Notes under the pieces: generated by a model
The model's input: only the letters and a program-made list of their open reading frames with translations
What the model was told of the DNA's origin: nothing
Database searches by the model: none
Made by a program: the position numbers and the translations under genes
Source of the DNA: a virus
Taxonomy: Duplodnaviria; Caudoviricetes
DNA length: 54,968 nt
Reading direction: 5' to 3' (one strand)
Virus record (IMG/VR): IMGVR_UViG_3300013005_000003
Span: 1-54,968 of that record
Shown here: piece by piece, positions 17,764 through 25,258 of the stretch
Layout: each line of letters begins with the position of its first letter
Numbering within the stretch: position 1 is the stretch's first letter

Positions 17764-18116
17764 CCAAACCGTTCAGCGCAATAAATTATTATATATGGAA
17801 CCACAGTTAAAACGAAAGGGGGGTGTTTTAGCGGGTGGGGGGTCTGTGCGTAGCCCAGACGGATTTGGAGCGAAATGTGGGGGAGAGTGGGTATATATAG
17901 GATAAAACCCCGGCCTCGCGGGCGCGAGTGGGTGGGTGGGGGTGCGCGGGCAGTGCCAGAGCCGCCCCCAGCCGGAAACGGGCAGGGCATTGCACCACAT
18001 CCGGCTGAATATATGTCCGCATCTGGTGCGGTCTGTTGAAGTGGGCTGTTGACGCTATGTGTTGCGATATGGCAGGCTCAAAAGAAAAAACTGCAGCACA
18101 GAGAGGAAAAACGAAG

Positions 18117-18458
18117 ATGACAATTTACGTAATCACCAGCCGCTACACGTGGGGCGAGACCGAATGCGAAACCATTATGGAAGTAACGGCTCGCGCGACA
18201 GATGCAGAATTCTACCGCGCACATTTTCACGTCACTGAAGAGCCTGACGCCAGCGACGAAGAGCTGGCGCGTGTTGTCGACCTGAACGAATGGCTGCACG
18301 CCAACTACAACGCCGGGGCGCACTGGATTGTTGAGACAACAGGCGACAGCCGCCACGTTGTAGAAATGCGCCGCCAAACGCCGGGGCAGTATCGCGTTGC
18401 GTTGCAGCGCCAATGGGAGACCATGGACGAATATCGCGACGACATTTGCAACGCCTGA
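18117..18458 (+). CDS. early hypothetical protein
   Basis: start at MTIYV after a GAGG SD. Confidence 0.6.
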   Translation: MTIYVITSRYTWGETECETIMEVTARATDAEFYRAHFHVTEEPDASDEELARVVDLNEWLHANYNAGAHWIVETTGDSRHVVEMRRQTPGQYRVALQRQWETMDEYRDDICNA

Positions 18459-18496
18459 CCACCACAGGGCCGGCCACAGCGCCGGCCCGCCACCAC

Positions 18497-18515
18497 AGGG
18501 AGCAACAGACAATGA
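18497..18515 (+). repeat. start-associated repeat AGGGAGCAACAGACAATGA (also 18656-18674; 17/19 copy at 19407-19425)
   Basis: direct sequence comparison; each copy contains SD and ATG. Confidence 0.85.
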
Positions 18516-18646
18516 TTGACCGCAGCGAAGTCGCCCGCGCTATGGCGAAGGCCATCGCCTACAAGCAATGCGGCAAGCAACGCGAGGCGGAACAATGGGC
18601 GCGAGAGCTAGTGCGCTTGCTCGAGTGTGCCGAGATATTGCGTTAA
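18512..18646 (+). CDS. small hypothetical protein (44 aa)
   Basis: MIDRSEVARAMAKAIAYKQCGK, begins inside the start-associated repeat. Confidence 0.7.
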   Translation: MIDRSEVARAMAKAIAYKQCGKQREAEQWARELVRLLECAEILR

Positions 18647-18670
18647 CCGAGAGAGAGGGAGCAACAGACA

Positions 18671-19348
18671 ATGACAACCCATTACATCCAAGTCACCCGC
18701 AAAAGCCGCAACAGCAAAACGGGTGATATCCCCGTCACCACTACCAGTGAGGAAACATGCCCCCATGCATGTCCGCTCAAGGCAAATGGTTGCTATGCAG
18801 AAGCCGGTCCGCTGGCGATACTGTGGCGCAAGGTGACGGCCCACAAGATGGGCATGGCATGGGATGCCGCAATGTCCGAAATCGCCGCGCTTCCCAATGG
18901 TACGCTATGGCGCCACAATCAAGCCGGGGATCTCCCCGGCATTGGTGATGCAATTGACGTTGCCGCGCTCGCTGCACTGGTAAAGGCCAATCGCGGCAAG
19001 CGCGGCTTTACCTATACCCATAAGCCGCTCGCTGGCGGCAACGGTGGCGCGATAGCGGCGGCAAACGCTATGGGTTTCACGGTAAACCTAAGCGCCAACA
19101 ATCTGGCGCATGCTGATGAACTAGCCGCCAGCAACGCCGGCCCTGTTGTTGTTGTGCTGCCGGCTGATGCAACGCGCGCCACTGTCACGCCGGATGGCCG
19201 CAAGGTTGCCATATGCCCAGCAACGATATCGGACAACGTGACGTGCAAAACATGCGGGCTTTGCGCCATTGCCAACCGCAAGGCCATTATCGGCTTTCCG
19301 GCGCATGGCCCTAGCAAGCGCAAGGCAAGCGCCATCGCCGCCGCCTAA
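18671..19348 (+). CDS. Cys-rich phage protein (gp88/DUF7227-like, radical-SAM-like Cys pattern)
   Basis: NSKTG, TCPHACPLKANGCYA, RHNQAGD, FTYTH and CPA..TCKTCGLC. Confidence 0.7.
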   Translation: MTTHYIQVTRKSRNSKTGDIPVTTTSEETCPHACPLKANGCYAEAGPLAILWRKVTAHKMGMAWDAAMSEIAALPNGTLWRHNQAGDLPGIGDAIDVAALAALVKANRGKRGFTYTHKPLAGGNGGAIAAANAMGFTVNLSANNLAHADELAASNAGPVVVVLPADATRATVTPDGRKVAICPATISDNVTCKTCGLCAIANRKAIIGFPAHGPSKRKASAIAAA

Positions 19349-19421
19349 AGCCACCATAGGGCCGCCCGTCACGCGCGGGCGGCTATATGGCCGCTTCTGG
19401 CCAGATAGGGAGCAAGAGACC

Positions 19422-19670
19422 ATGAACACCGCCACCGCCGCCCGCCCGCTGCATGCCATCGCGCGCGATATCCAGCGCGACTGGACAAAGCCGAATTATG
19501 CCGCCGTGCCATATCTTACCGCGATGCGCGCGTTGTCCGATATCAGCGACAGATATTACTACGATGATGCCGAGAGCGTTGTCCGGTATTTCCTCTCGAA
19601 TGCTACATCATGGCGCGGGGACAAGGCTCGCGAGATCAAAGCGGAGCTAAAGGCCATGCTGGCGCGCTGA
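19422..19670 (+). CDS. conserved phage hypothetical protein
   Basis: AVPYLTAM, YFLSNATSWRG..AREIKAELK. Confidence 0.75.
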   Translation: MNTATAARPLHAIARDIQRDWTKPNYAAVPYLTAMRALSDISDRYYYDDAESVVRYFLSNATSWRGDKAREIKAELKAMLAR

Positions 19671-19694
19671 TCCACATCCCCCAGCCCCAAACTG

Positions 19695-19721
19695 GCCCGG
19701 CCTTAGCGCCGGGCTTTTTTT
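19695..19721 (+). terminator. intrinsic terminator
   Basis: GCCCGGC-CTTAGC-GCCGGGC followed by TTTTTTT. Confidence 0.85.
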
Positions 19722-19936
19722 GCCCGCTGCACAGGCCCAGAGGCGCGCTGGCAGCGCCTGTCTGTCGCCAGCGCCCCCACATCCCCCAGCCCCAGAGAGG
19801 CGTTCAGCGGGCTTTAAAATCGGCCATGCCGACAGAGCATGTCTGGCAACCCGGCTGTTGCAGCGCCTGTTGACGCGACAGACAGCGCCTATCTGCTGTG
19901 TCACGGGCTAAGAGCTTGTTTTCGCTGCATAAAAAG

Positions 19937-20277
19937 GCGCTTTGAAACAGAAAAACGCCATTTGTCACACCCCCCGTTTCACTCCAAGCCTTTGAAAAAC
20001 CATCCCTTTTCTTATTATTATTATAAATGAAACGAGATTTAGATATATATAGTTATAAGGAGGTGGTGCGTTGTATACATAATACAGTAGGGGGTGTGTG
20101 TTATATATGGGGCTATATTTCCCGAAAAACCGTTTCATTTCGATTTTTGCCCCGATTTAGGTAATGTTATCAGCGCCTTGGAGTGAAACAGCCAACCGTC
20201 ACAGGGGCGTTTCACCCGTTTCAAAACGCTGTTTTATCGTTTGGTTTCAGGGGCTTGGCCCGTGACATTTTGTTTCA
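19937..20277. other. candidate replication origin: AT-rich core with nested inverted repeats and GTTTCA iterons
   Basis: non-coding; three IR pairs share a centre near 20083; nine GTTTCA/TGAAAC hexamers. Confidence 0.7.
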
Positions 20278-20466
20278 TGAGCAATCTCAATGGGTTAAGC
20301 CTTCGTTGTAAGACAATCTTAATCGACGGATGGCGTTTCCCTGTCGATCCGATTGCGGATGTGAAAGCTCCGTTTTCGGTGCTGATTTACTGTTGCGTGA
20401 ACCGTCATGCTGAATTAGAGGCTGCGTTACGGTTCTGACGGGCCGTTTGATACGGAGGGTTTAGAA

Positions 20467-20670
20467 ATGACTGTTGGATTGTTCACCGTTTACGAGGCGT
20501 CCGGGGTTGCACACCGCACCCTTCGCGGCACATTCGAGACGTTCGAGGCGGCTTGCGATTACGTGCAGGCGCTGAACCCGATTTGCTTTGAAGTGGACAC
20601 TGATCATCCGGGTTGCGCTGATGCGTTCCTGCCGGGTGGTGTGATTTATGCGATTGAGGCGCGGGCATGA
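20467..20670 (+). CDS. hypothetical protein
   Basis: GGAGGG SD. Confidence 0.65.
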   Translation: MTVGLFTVYEASGVAHRTLRGTFETFEAACDYVQALNPICFEVDTDHPGCADAFLPGGVIYAIEARA

Positions 20671-20744
20671 GCGAAAGCCGCTTGCAGTCCGCGCTGGCTG
20701 TTGCCGCGCTGGTGATTATCTTGGCCGTTCTGGCCGCTGTTTGA
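20667..20744 (+). CDS. 25-aa membrane peptide
   Basis: MSESRLQSALAVAALVIILAVLAAV; ATGA overlap. Confidence 0.45.
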   Translation: MSESRLQSALAVAALVIILAVLAAV

Positions 20745-20754
20745 GGGAGATTGT

Positions 20755-21090
20755 GTGATGCTGAATTTGGATTATGCCCGCCGGGGCGAGGGCCATTACT
20801 ATGGCCACGGCGCGGCGCTGATTGCCGAGTGGGTGGCGCTGGCTGCGAGCAAGCGCAAAAGCTGCAAGGGCCGGGCGAAGGCCGCCTATGACGCGATGTG
20901 CAAGTTTGCGGCTGCTATCGGCTGCAACCCGGACAAGGAATGCTTCATCCGGCAGGAAGGCGACAGCTGGCGCGTATCGTTCGAGGCTGGCCCGTATGAA
21001 TGGGCCATCGTGGCGAGTGAGGCGCTGTGCCAGTGCGGGATATTTGCGGAGCCGCATTACAGTTTCGACCTCTGTTTCTACCCGGAGTGA
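20755..21090 (+). CDS. hypothetical protein
   Basis: WRVSFEAGPYEWA..FAEPHYSFDLCFY; SD present. Confidence 0.7.
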   Translation: MMLNLDYARRGEGHYYGHGAALIAEWVALAASKRKSCKGRAKAAYDAMCKFAAAIGCNPDKECFIRQEGDSWRVSFEAGPYEWAIVASEALCQCGIFAEPHYSFDLCFYPE

Positions 21091-21095
21091 AGGGC

Positions 21096-21350
21096 ATGAT
21101 CACACCCACGTTGAACCACAACGGCAGCAGCGCCAGCGATTTGATCGACCCGCGCATCGCCGCCTATGACGCCCTGCAGGACGCCATCAAGGCGTTGCAA
21201 CAGGTGACGCCGCATGGCCGGGATTATCCGGGCGACATTGACCGCTGCACTATCGACCGCAACGCGCACTATGACCGGCTGAACACGCTGCACGTCATGG
21301 CGGCTGAGATTGTCGCTGAGGCGGTTGCTATCAGGGAGCAGGGAGCATGA
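21096..21350 (+). CDS. hypothetical protein
   Basis: MITPTLNHNGS..PHGRDY. Confidence 0.65.
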   Translation: MITPTLNHNGSSASDLIDPRIAAYDALQDAIKALQQVTPHGRDYPGDIDRCTIDRNAHYDRLNTLHVMAAEIVAEAVAIREQGA

Positions 21351-21643
21351 GCGCGACGCACACGCCGGGGCCGTGGTTTGCGGTCGGATATCAGGTGGAA
21401 ATTGAGCGAGAGAATGTCGCGGATATCTGCACGACGAACGCCCACTCGTTTGGACAACCCGGCTTGCATAACGATGCAACGGCGATGGCGAATGCCCGCC
21501 TGATCGCTGCCGCGCCTGACATGCTGAAAATGCTGGAGGTCGCGCGTGATTCTCTGGAGGTGTCGAATTACGAGGGCGAGGAAGACGAAGTGCTGGCGGC
21601 GATTGCGGCAGTGATAGCGAAAGCGAAGGGAGAAGTGAAATGA
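21347..21643 (+). CDS. HTPGPW/ANARLIAAAP-family phage protein (copy 1)
   Basis: characteristic motifs. Confidence 0.8.
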   Translation: MSATHTPGPWFAVGYQVEIERENVADICTTNAHSFGQPGLHNDATAMANARLIAAAPDMLKMLEVARDSLEVSNYEGEEDEVLAAIAAVIAKAKGEVK

Positions 21644-21915
21644 CGAAGGGTGTGATGGAAACGCTGGTCGCTGCGGCTGGTTCACTGGCCTATGCAGCGG
21701 ATGCGCTGGAGGCCCCGGCTGGCTCGCACATGCGCGAGGTAATGCACGATCTGAGGCGGGCGGCGGATACGACGCTGCGGATATTGGCCACACTGGAGCA
21801 TCTGGTTGAGAGGCATGGCGCGTTAAGGGACTCACCGTCTTGGGACGTGCGAGACGAAATTCTTCAGGACGATGCTCGCTGGCAAATCGCGAATGCGAAG
21901 GGGGAATTGAAATGA
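21640..21915 (+). CDS. hypothetical protein
   Basis: ATGA-coupled on both sides. Confidence 0.6.
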   Translation: MTKGVMETLVAAAGSLAYAADALEAPAGSHMREVMHDLRRAADTTLRILATLEHLVERHGALRDSPSWDVRDEILQDDARWQIANAKGELK

Positions 21916-22232
21916 CGGGACACACGCCGGGGCCGTGGTTCGTTACCCGCAAGGGGTTCGGGATCAAGAAAGGGGTTGAGGCGCTGTGCGAGCCGGGGCC
22001 TGATGGCGAGGCACGCTGGCTGCCAGTCTGCACCATGGAGAAAGATTGGGACGCGCAGACCGCAGATGCGAATGCGCGATTGATCGCTGCCGCGCCTGAC
22101 ATGCTGGAGGTGCTGGAGGAGCTTTTGTGGCTGAGGGAGCAGCAGTTTAAATCGGCGGTGAAGAAGAAGAACGCCTACGAGCGGGCGATGTCAATGACGC
22201 CGATGGGCCTTATAAAAGGAACGATGAAATGA
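21912..22232 (+). CDS. HTPGPW/ANARLIAAAP-family phage protein (copy 2)
   Basis: same motifs as 21347-21643. Confidence 0.8.
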   Translation: MTGHTPGPWFVTRKGFGIKKGVEALCEPGPDGEARWLPVCTMEKDWDAQTADANARLIAAAPDMLEVLEELLWLREQQFKSAVKKKNAYERAMSMTPMGLIKGTMK

Positions 22233-22387
22233 CGGGACAGCAGGCATTGCAGGCGCTGGATGCAGCGATTGCGGAGCAGGAGCGGGCGCGGTGGGTTCAT
22301 GCCCGCCGGGTGCGTGACGAGGCCGCGCAGGTGGCGCGTGAGGCGCTGGCGCGGTGGACGCAGGCTGAGAGGGAGCGGCGGAAATGA
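22229..22387 (+). CDS. hypothetical protein (52 aa, not in ORF track)
   Basis: MTGQQALQALDAAIAEQERARW; ATGA overlaps on both sides. Confidence 0.55.
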   Translation: MTGQQALQALDAAIAEQERARWVHARRVRDEAAQVAREALARWTQAERERRK

Positions 22388-22545
22388 TGGAAGAAATACT
22401 GGATATGCTGGCCGAGTGCGCGGAATTTCTGGATCGGTATGCCGATTACGAATCCGACGGCTATGGCGGCATGGAGCCGAATAGCGCGGCGCGGTTGCTG
22501 TATGACGTGCAGCAGATGATTAACAGGGTAGAGGGGACGGAGTGA
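22384..22545 (+). CDS. hypothetical acidic protein (53 aa, not in ORF track)
   Basis: MMEEILDMLAECAEFLDRYADY; coupled overlaps. Confidence 0.6.
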   Translation: MMEEILDMLAECAEFLDRYADYESDGYGGMEPNSAARLLYDVQQMINRVEGTE

Positions 22546-22727
22546 TGTTCACGCACGATAATACCGATTACGTTTACACCGCCGACGAACTAGCCGCGCT
22601 GAATGAGGCGCTGAAGATTCGCATGGCGGCTGGTGAGCGGGTCAAAGGCGCGATGGACGCCATCAACAACTATTGGTTCGACGGCGCAACCGTTGCCGAT
22701 CTTATCTGCGAAGGCGCGGCGAATTAA
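22542..22727 (+). CDS. hypothetical protein
   Basis: coupled to upstream gene. Confidence 0.6.
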   Translation: MMFTHDNTDYVYTADELAALNEALKIRMAAGERVKGAMDAINNYWFDGATVADLICEGAAN

Positions 22728-22771
22728 TTTCGAGGCGCGGCGAATTAATGGCGAGTTAATGGCGAATTAAT
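22718..22771 (+). repeat. four copies of GGCGARTTAAT
   Basis: 22718-22728, 22739-22749, 22750-22760 and 22761-22771. Confidence 0.9.
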
Positions 22772-22799
22772 TTGAGGGGATGTGTGATGGGCGAGGGCG

Positions 22800-23264
22800 A
22801 TGTCGGATAGGCGTGTGATTATCCACGACCGTAGGTTCATGTGGTGGGATGGGCAGAAGTTGACGCCTGTGCGCCTGTCTGAGAAAGCGCGGGCGCACCT
22901 GTCGCAGGTGAAGGCGGTGATTGCGCGAGGGACTCCGGTGCCGGAGATTTTCCCGGCGCTGGCGGATCGCAGCAATGAGGAACTGGCGCAGCGGCTGGAC
23001 GTGGATCGAGAGACTGTCCGGTTGTGGCGCAAGGACACGGGGCTGCACCGCCGTCGTGGGCCGAGAACGCTGCCGGCGCCGGGCCAGTATGACGAGACGT
23101 TGACTCTCTCGGAACTGGGCCGGGCGTGTGGCTGGGGCTGTCTATCGAGATTTGGCGAGGCGCTGAAGAAGAACCGGCCAGAGATACACGCACGGGCTGT
23201 GGCGAATGGCCGAGCGCGGAGCATGGGCCACCTGAGGCAGATGAAGAAGGAGAAGGGGGAATGA
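22800..23264 (+). CDS. HTH DNA-binding protein
   Basis: SNEELAQRLDVDRETVRLWRK; second HTH-like TLSELGRACGW. Confidence 0.7.
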   Translation: MSDRRVIIHDRRFMWWDGQKLTPVRLSEKARAHLSQVKAVIARGTPVPEIFPALADRSNEELAQRLDVDRETVRLWRKDTGLHRRRGPRTLPAPGQYDETLTLSELGRACGWGCLSRFGEALKKNRPEIHARAVANGRARSMGHLRQMKKEKGE

Positions 23265-23680
23265 CGCGACCCGTCTATGAAAGCGATGCGGATCGCGTCA
23301 ATCAGGCGGGCGTCATCGCAAAACTGGAGCGCGCTTTCGGGTTGACGGCCACTGCGCCCAGAGACCCGTTCGCGCCATACGATGCCGTTTTCCGCTGCCA
23401 GCCGCGACCCCGTGTCGTTGAGATCAAAGTGCGTAGGAATGAGCGCGCGCGATACGAAACCTATCTGCTGAGTCAGCATAAATACAATGCGCTATGCGCC
23501 ATCGACGCGAGGGGCGCTGACGCGCTGCTGGCGGTGCAGTGGACGGATGAACTGGGCATCGTGCAGGTGCCTGTCGAACACACGGTATCCACCGGGGGCC
23601 GCTATGACCGGGACGACAGCCGCGATGTCGAGCGCGTGGTGCTGATACCGACGAGCAGTTTTATCACTGTGACGGAGTGA
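23261..23680 (+). CDS. PD-(D/E)xK-family nuclease-like protein
   Basis: PYDAVF..VVEIKVR; start at MTRPVYE. Confidence 0.65.
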   Translation: MTRPVYESDADRVNQAGVIAKLERAFGLTATAPRDPFAPYDAVFRCQPRPRVVEIKVRRNERARYETYLLSQHKYNALCAIDARGADALLAVQWTDELGIVQVPVEHTVSTGGRYDRDDSRDVERVVLIPTSSFITVTE

Positions 23681-23925
23681 CTGAGATGATTGCGACTGCG
23701 ACATACGAAAGCGAAGACCTGCGGGTGACGTTCGTCTGCCAGATGGAGCGCGCCGACTACGGTGTGCCGCGCTCACCATCATGGTGGGAGCCTGTGCAGG
23801 AGACCGCTGAGATCGACGAGCTTGAGATACTGGGCGTGTCTGTGGATGCGGCGGCGCTGCCGAAGGATTTGCGTGACGCGATTTACGGACTGACCGACGG
23901 AATCGATTGGGAGGGGGAAATATGA
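23677..23925 (+). CDS. hypothetical acidic protein
   Basis: coupled; DYGVPRSP motif. Confidence 0.65.
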   Translation: MTEMIATATYESEDLRVTFVCQMERADYGVPRSPSWWEPVQETAEIDELEILGVSVDAAALPKDLRDAIYGLTDGIDWEGEI

Positions 23926-24230
23926 AACACCATGAATTCAATCTGTGCTTCGGCATCAGGGCCGAGGATGAGACTGAGGCGTGGGCGCAGTTGGGCGACC
24001 TGCTGAAGTCGATCACGCGGGATCAGTTGATCAGCGCGATGCATCTGGAGAAGCCGGGCGACCTGACGGCGCGCGATGCTGGCCGGGCGCTGCGGGTGCT
24101 GGACAATCTGGTGGATGCGTTCGACGCATTCACGGATGACAGCATCATACCGGGTCGCCTGTATGCCGAGATGGAGCGGGCGCTGGATCTGCTCCGGGAA
24201 TACGGCATGCGGCCAGCCGCGAAGCACTGA
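23922..24230 (+). CDS. hypothetical protein
   Basis: GGAGGGGG SD, ATGA overlap. Confidence 0.6.
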   Translation: MKHHEFNLCFGIRAEDETEAWAQLGDLLKSITRDQLISAMHLEKPGDLTARDAGRALRVLDNLVDAFDAFTDDSIIPGRLYAEMERALDLLREYGMRPAAKH

Positions 24231-24243
24231 GGGGAGGGGGAGC

Positions 24244-24441
24244 ATGACTGAGAATGAAGTGATTGCGGCTGCGGCTGCTGAGTTTGACAGGCGCGATGCG
24301 CTGAAGTTGCAGATGGATGCCGTTGACGCGGAGATTGCGGAGTTGGTGAAGCACTACAGCGAGGCGATGCGGATGTGGGGATTCACCCCGCTGATGCTGC
24401 GCCGTGCGGTTGAAGCGCGGACGGGCCGGAGGGCGGGCTGA
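24244..24441 (+). CDS. hypothetical coiled-coil protein
   Basis: MTENEVIAAA start after a GGAG SD. Confidence 0.6.
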   Translation: MTENEVIAAAAAEFDRRDALKLQMDAVDAEIAELVKHYSEAMRMWGFTPLMLRRAVEARTGRRAG

Positions 24442-24776
24442 TGCGGTTTGCGAACCGTTGCACCGAAGATGGGAGTATCCTGCCCTTCGAGGTGCTGGAG
24501 CCTGTCAGTCCGACCGAGATGATCATCTGCGAGATGGATTGCACCCTGCGTAAAGGCTGGAAGCCGATCATGCTGTTGGGTAACTGCACGAACGAGCAGG
24601 AGCAGCAGTGGGACATCAAGGTTGATCCAGAGGCACTGATGTTGCGGATTCGGCTGACGAAGTTCGGGGAGTGGAAGGACGCGCAGGGTCACACCTATGT
24701 GCTGTCGGAAATCCCTAAGCGTTTCCATAGGTTTAGCTTTGTCAGTGGCATTTACGATGCTGATGCTGACGAATAA
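24441..24776 (+). CDS. hypothetical protein
   Basis: TGATG coupling. Confidence 0.6.
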   Translation: MRFANRCTEDGSILPFEVLEPVSPTEMIICEMDCTLRKGWKPIMLLGNCTNEQEQQWDIKVDPEALMLRIRLTKFGEWKDAQGHTYVLSEIPKRFHRFSFVSGIYDADADE

Positions 24777-24832
24777 TTTTGCTGACAGGCTTGTCAGTTC
24801 AATTTGAAACTGTAGCATTGGCGCCCCCGCGT

Positions 24833-24861
24833 TTGACGGCGCGGATACAGAGGGATAATAT
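24833..24861 (+). promoter_or_regulatory. sigma70-type promoter for replication genes
   Basis: TTGACG-17 nt-TAATAT. Confidence 0.55.
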
Positions 24862-24865
24862 CGAA

Positions 24866-25258
24866 ATGACCGGGAATTGTGGCGATGTCCAAGGCTTGCC
24901 TAAAAACCACAAGAGCGGCGGGAGGCGTGCTCCCCCCTGTTCCCCCGCCGTATCCGTCAAGTCCCGGTCTTACTCCATCCGTGACATCAAGGATCGCCTG
25001 AGCCCGTCTCACATTGAGGCGCTGTGCCGTGACTGGTTGCCGGGTGGCAAGCGGCAGGGCGGTTGGTATCTGGCGTGTGCGCCGTGGCGCGACGACCGCA
25101 ACCCATCGCTGGGCGTATCGTTCAGCACCGGGCGCTGGCAGGACTTCGCGACGGGCGAGAAGGGCGACATGATTGATCTGTCCATGAAGCTGTTCGGCGA
25201 CAGCCTGCAGGAAACCATCAATGGCTTCGCCGAAATGCTGGGCCTGACCCATGCGTAA
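24866..25258 (+). CDS. primase N-terminal recognition domain (degenerate zinc-binding domain), standalone
   Basis: WLPGGKRQG..PWRDDRNPSL..GRWQDFATGEKGDMIDL; start uncertain. Confidence 0.75.
   Translation: MTGNCGDVQGLPKNHKSGGRRAPPCSPAVSVKSRSYSIRDIKDRLSPSHIEALCRDWLPGGKRQGGWYLACAPWRDDRNPSLGVSFSTGRWQDFATGEKGDMIDLSMKLFGDSLQETINGFAEMLGLTHA

Noticed and set aside
19610-20438. Short ORFs in the origin-like region
   Set aside because: No SD, atypical composition, and overlap with the terminator and inverted repeats.
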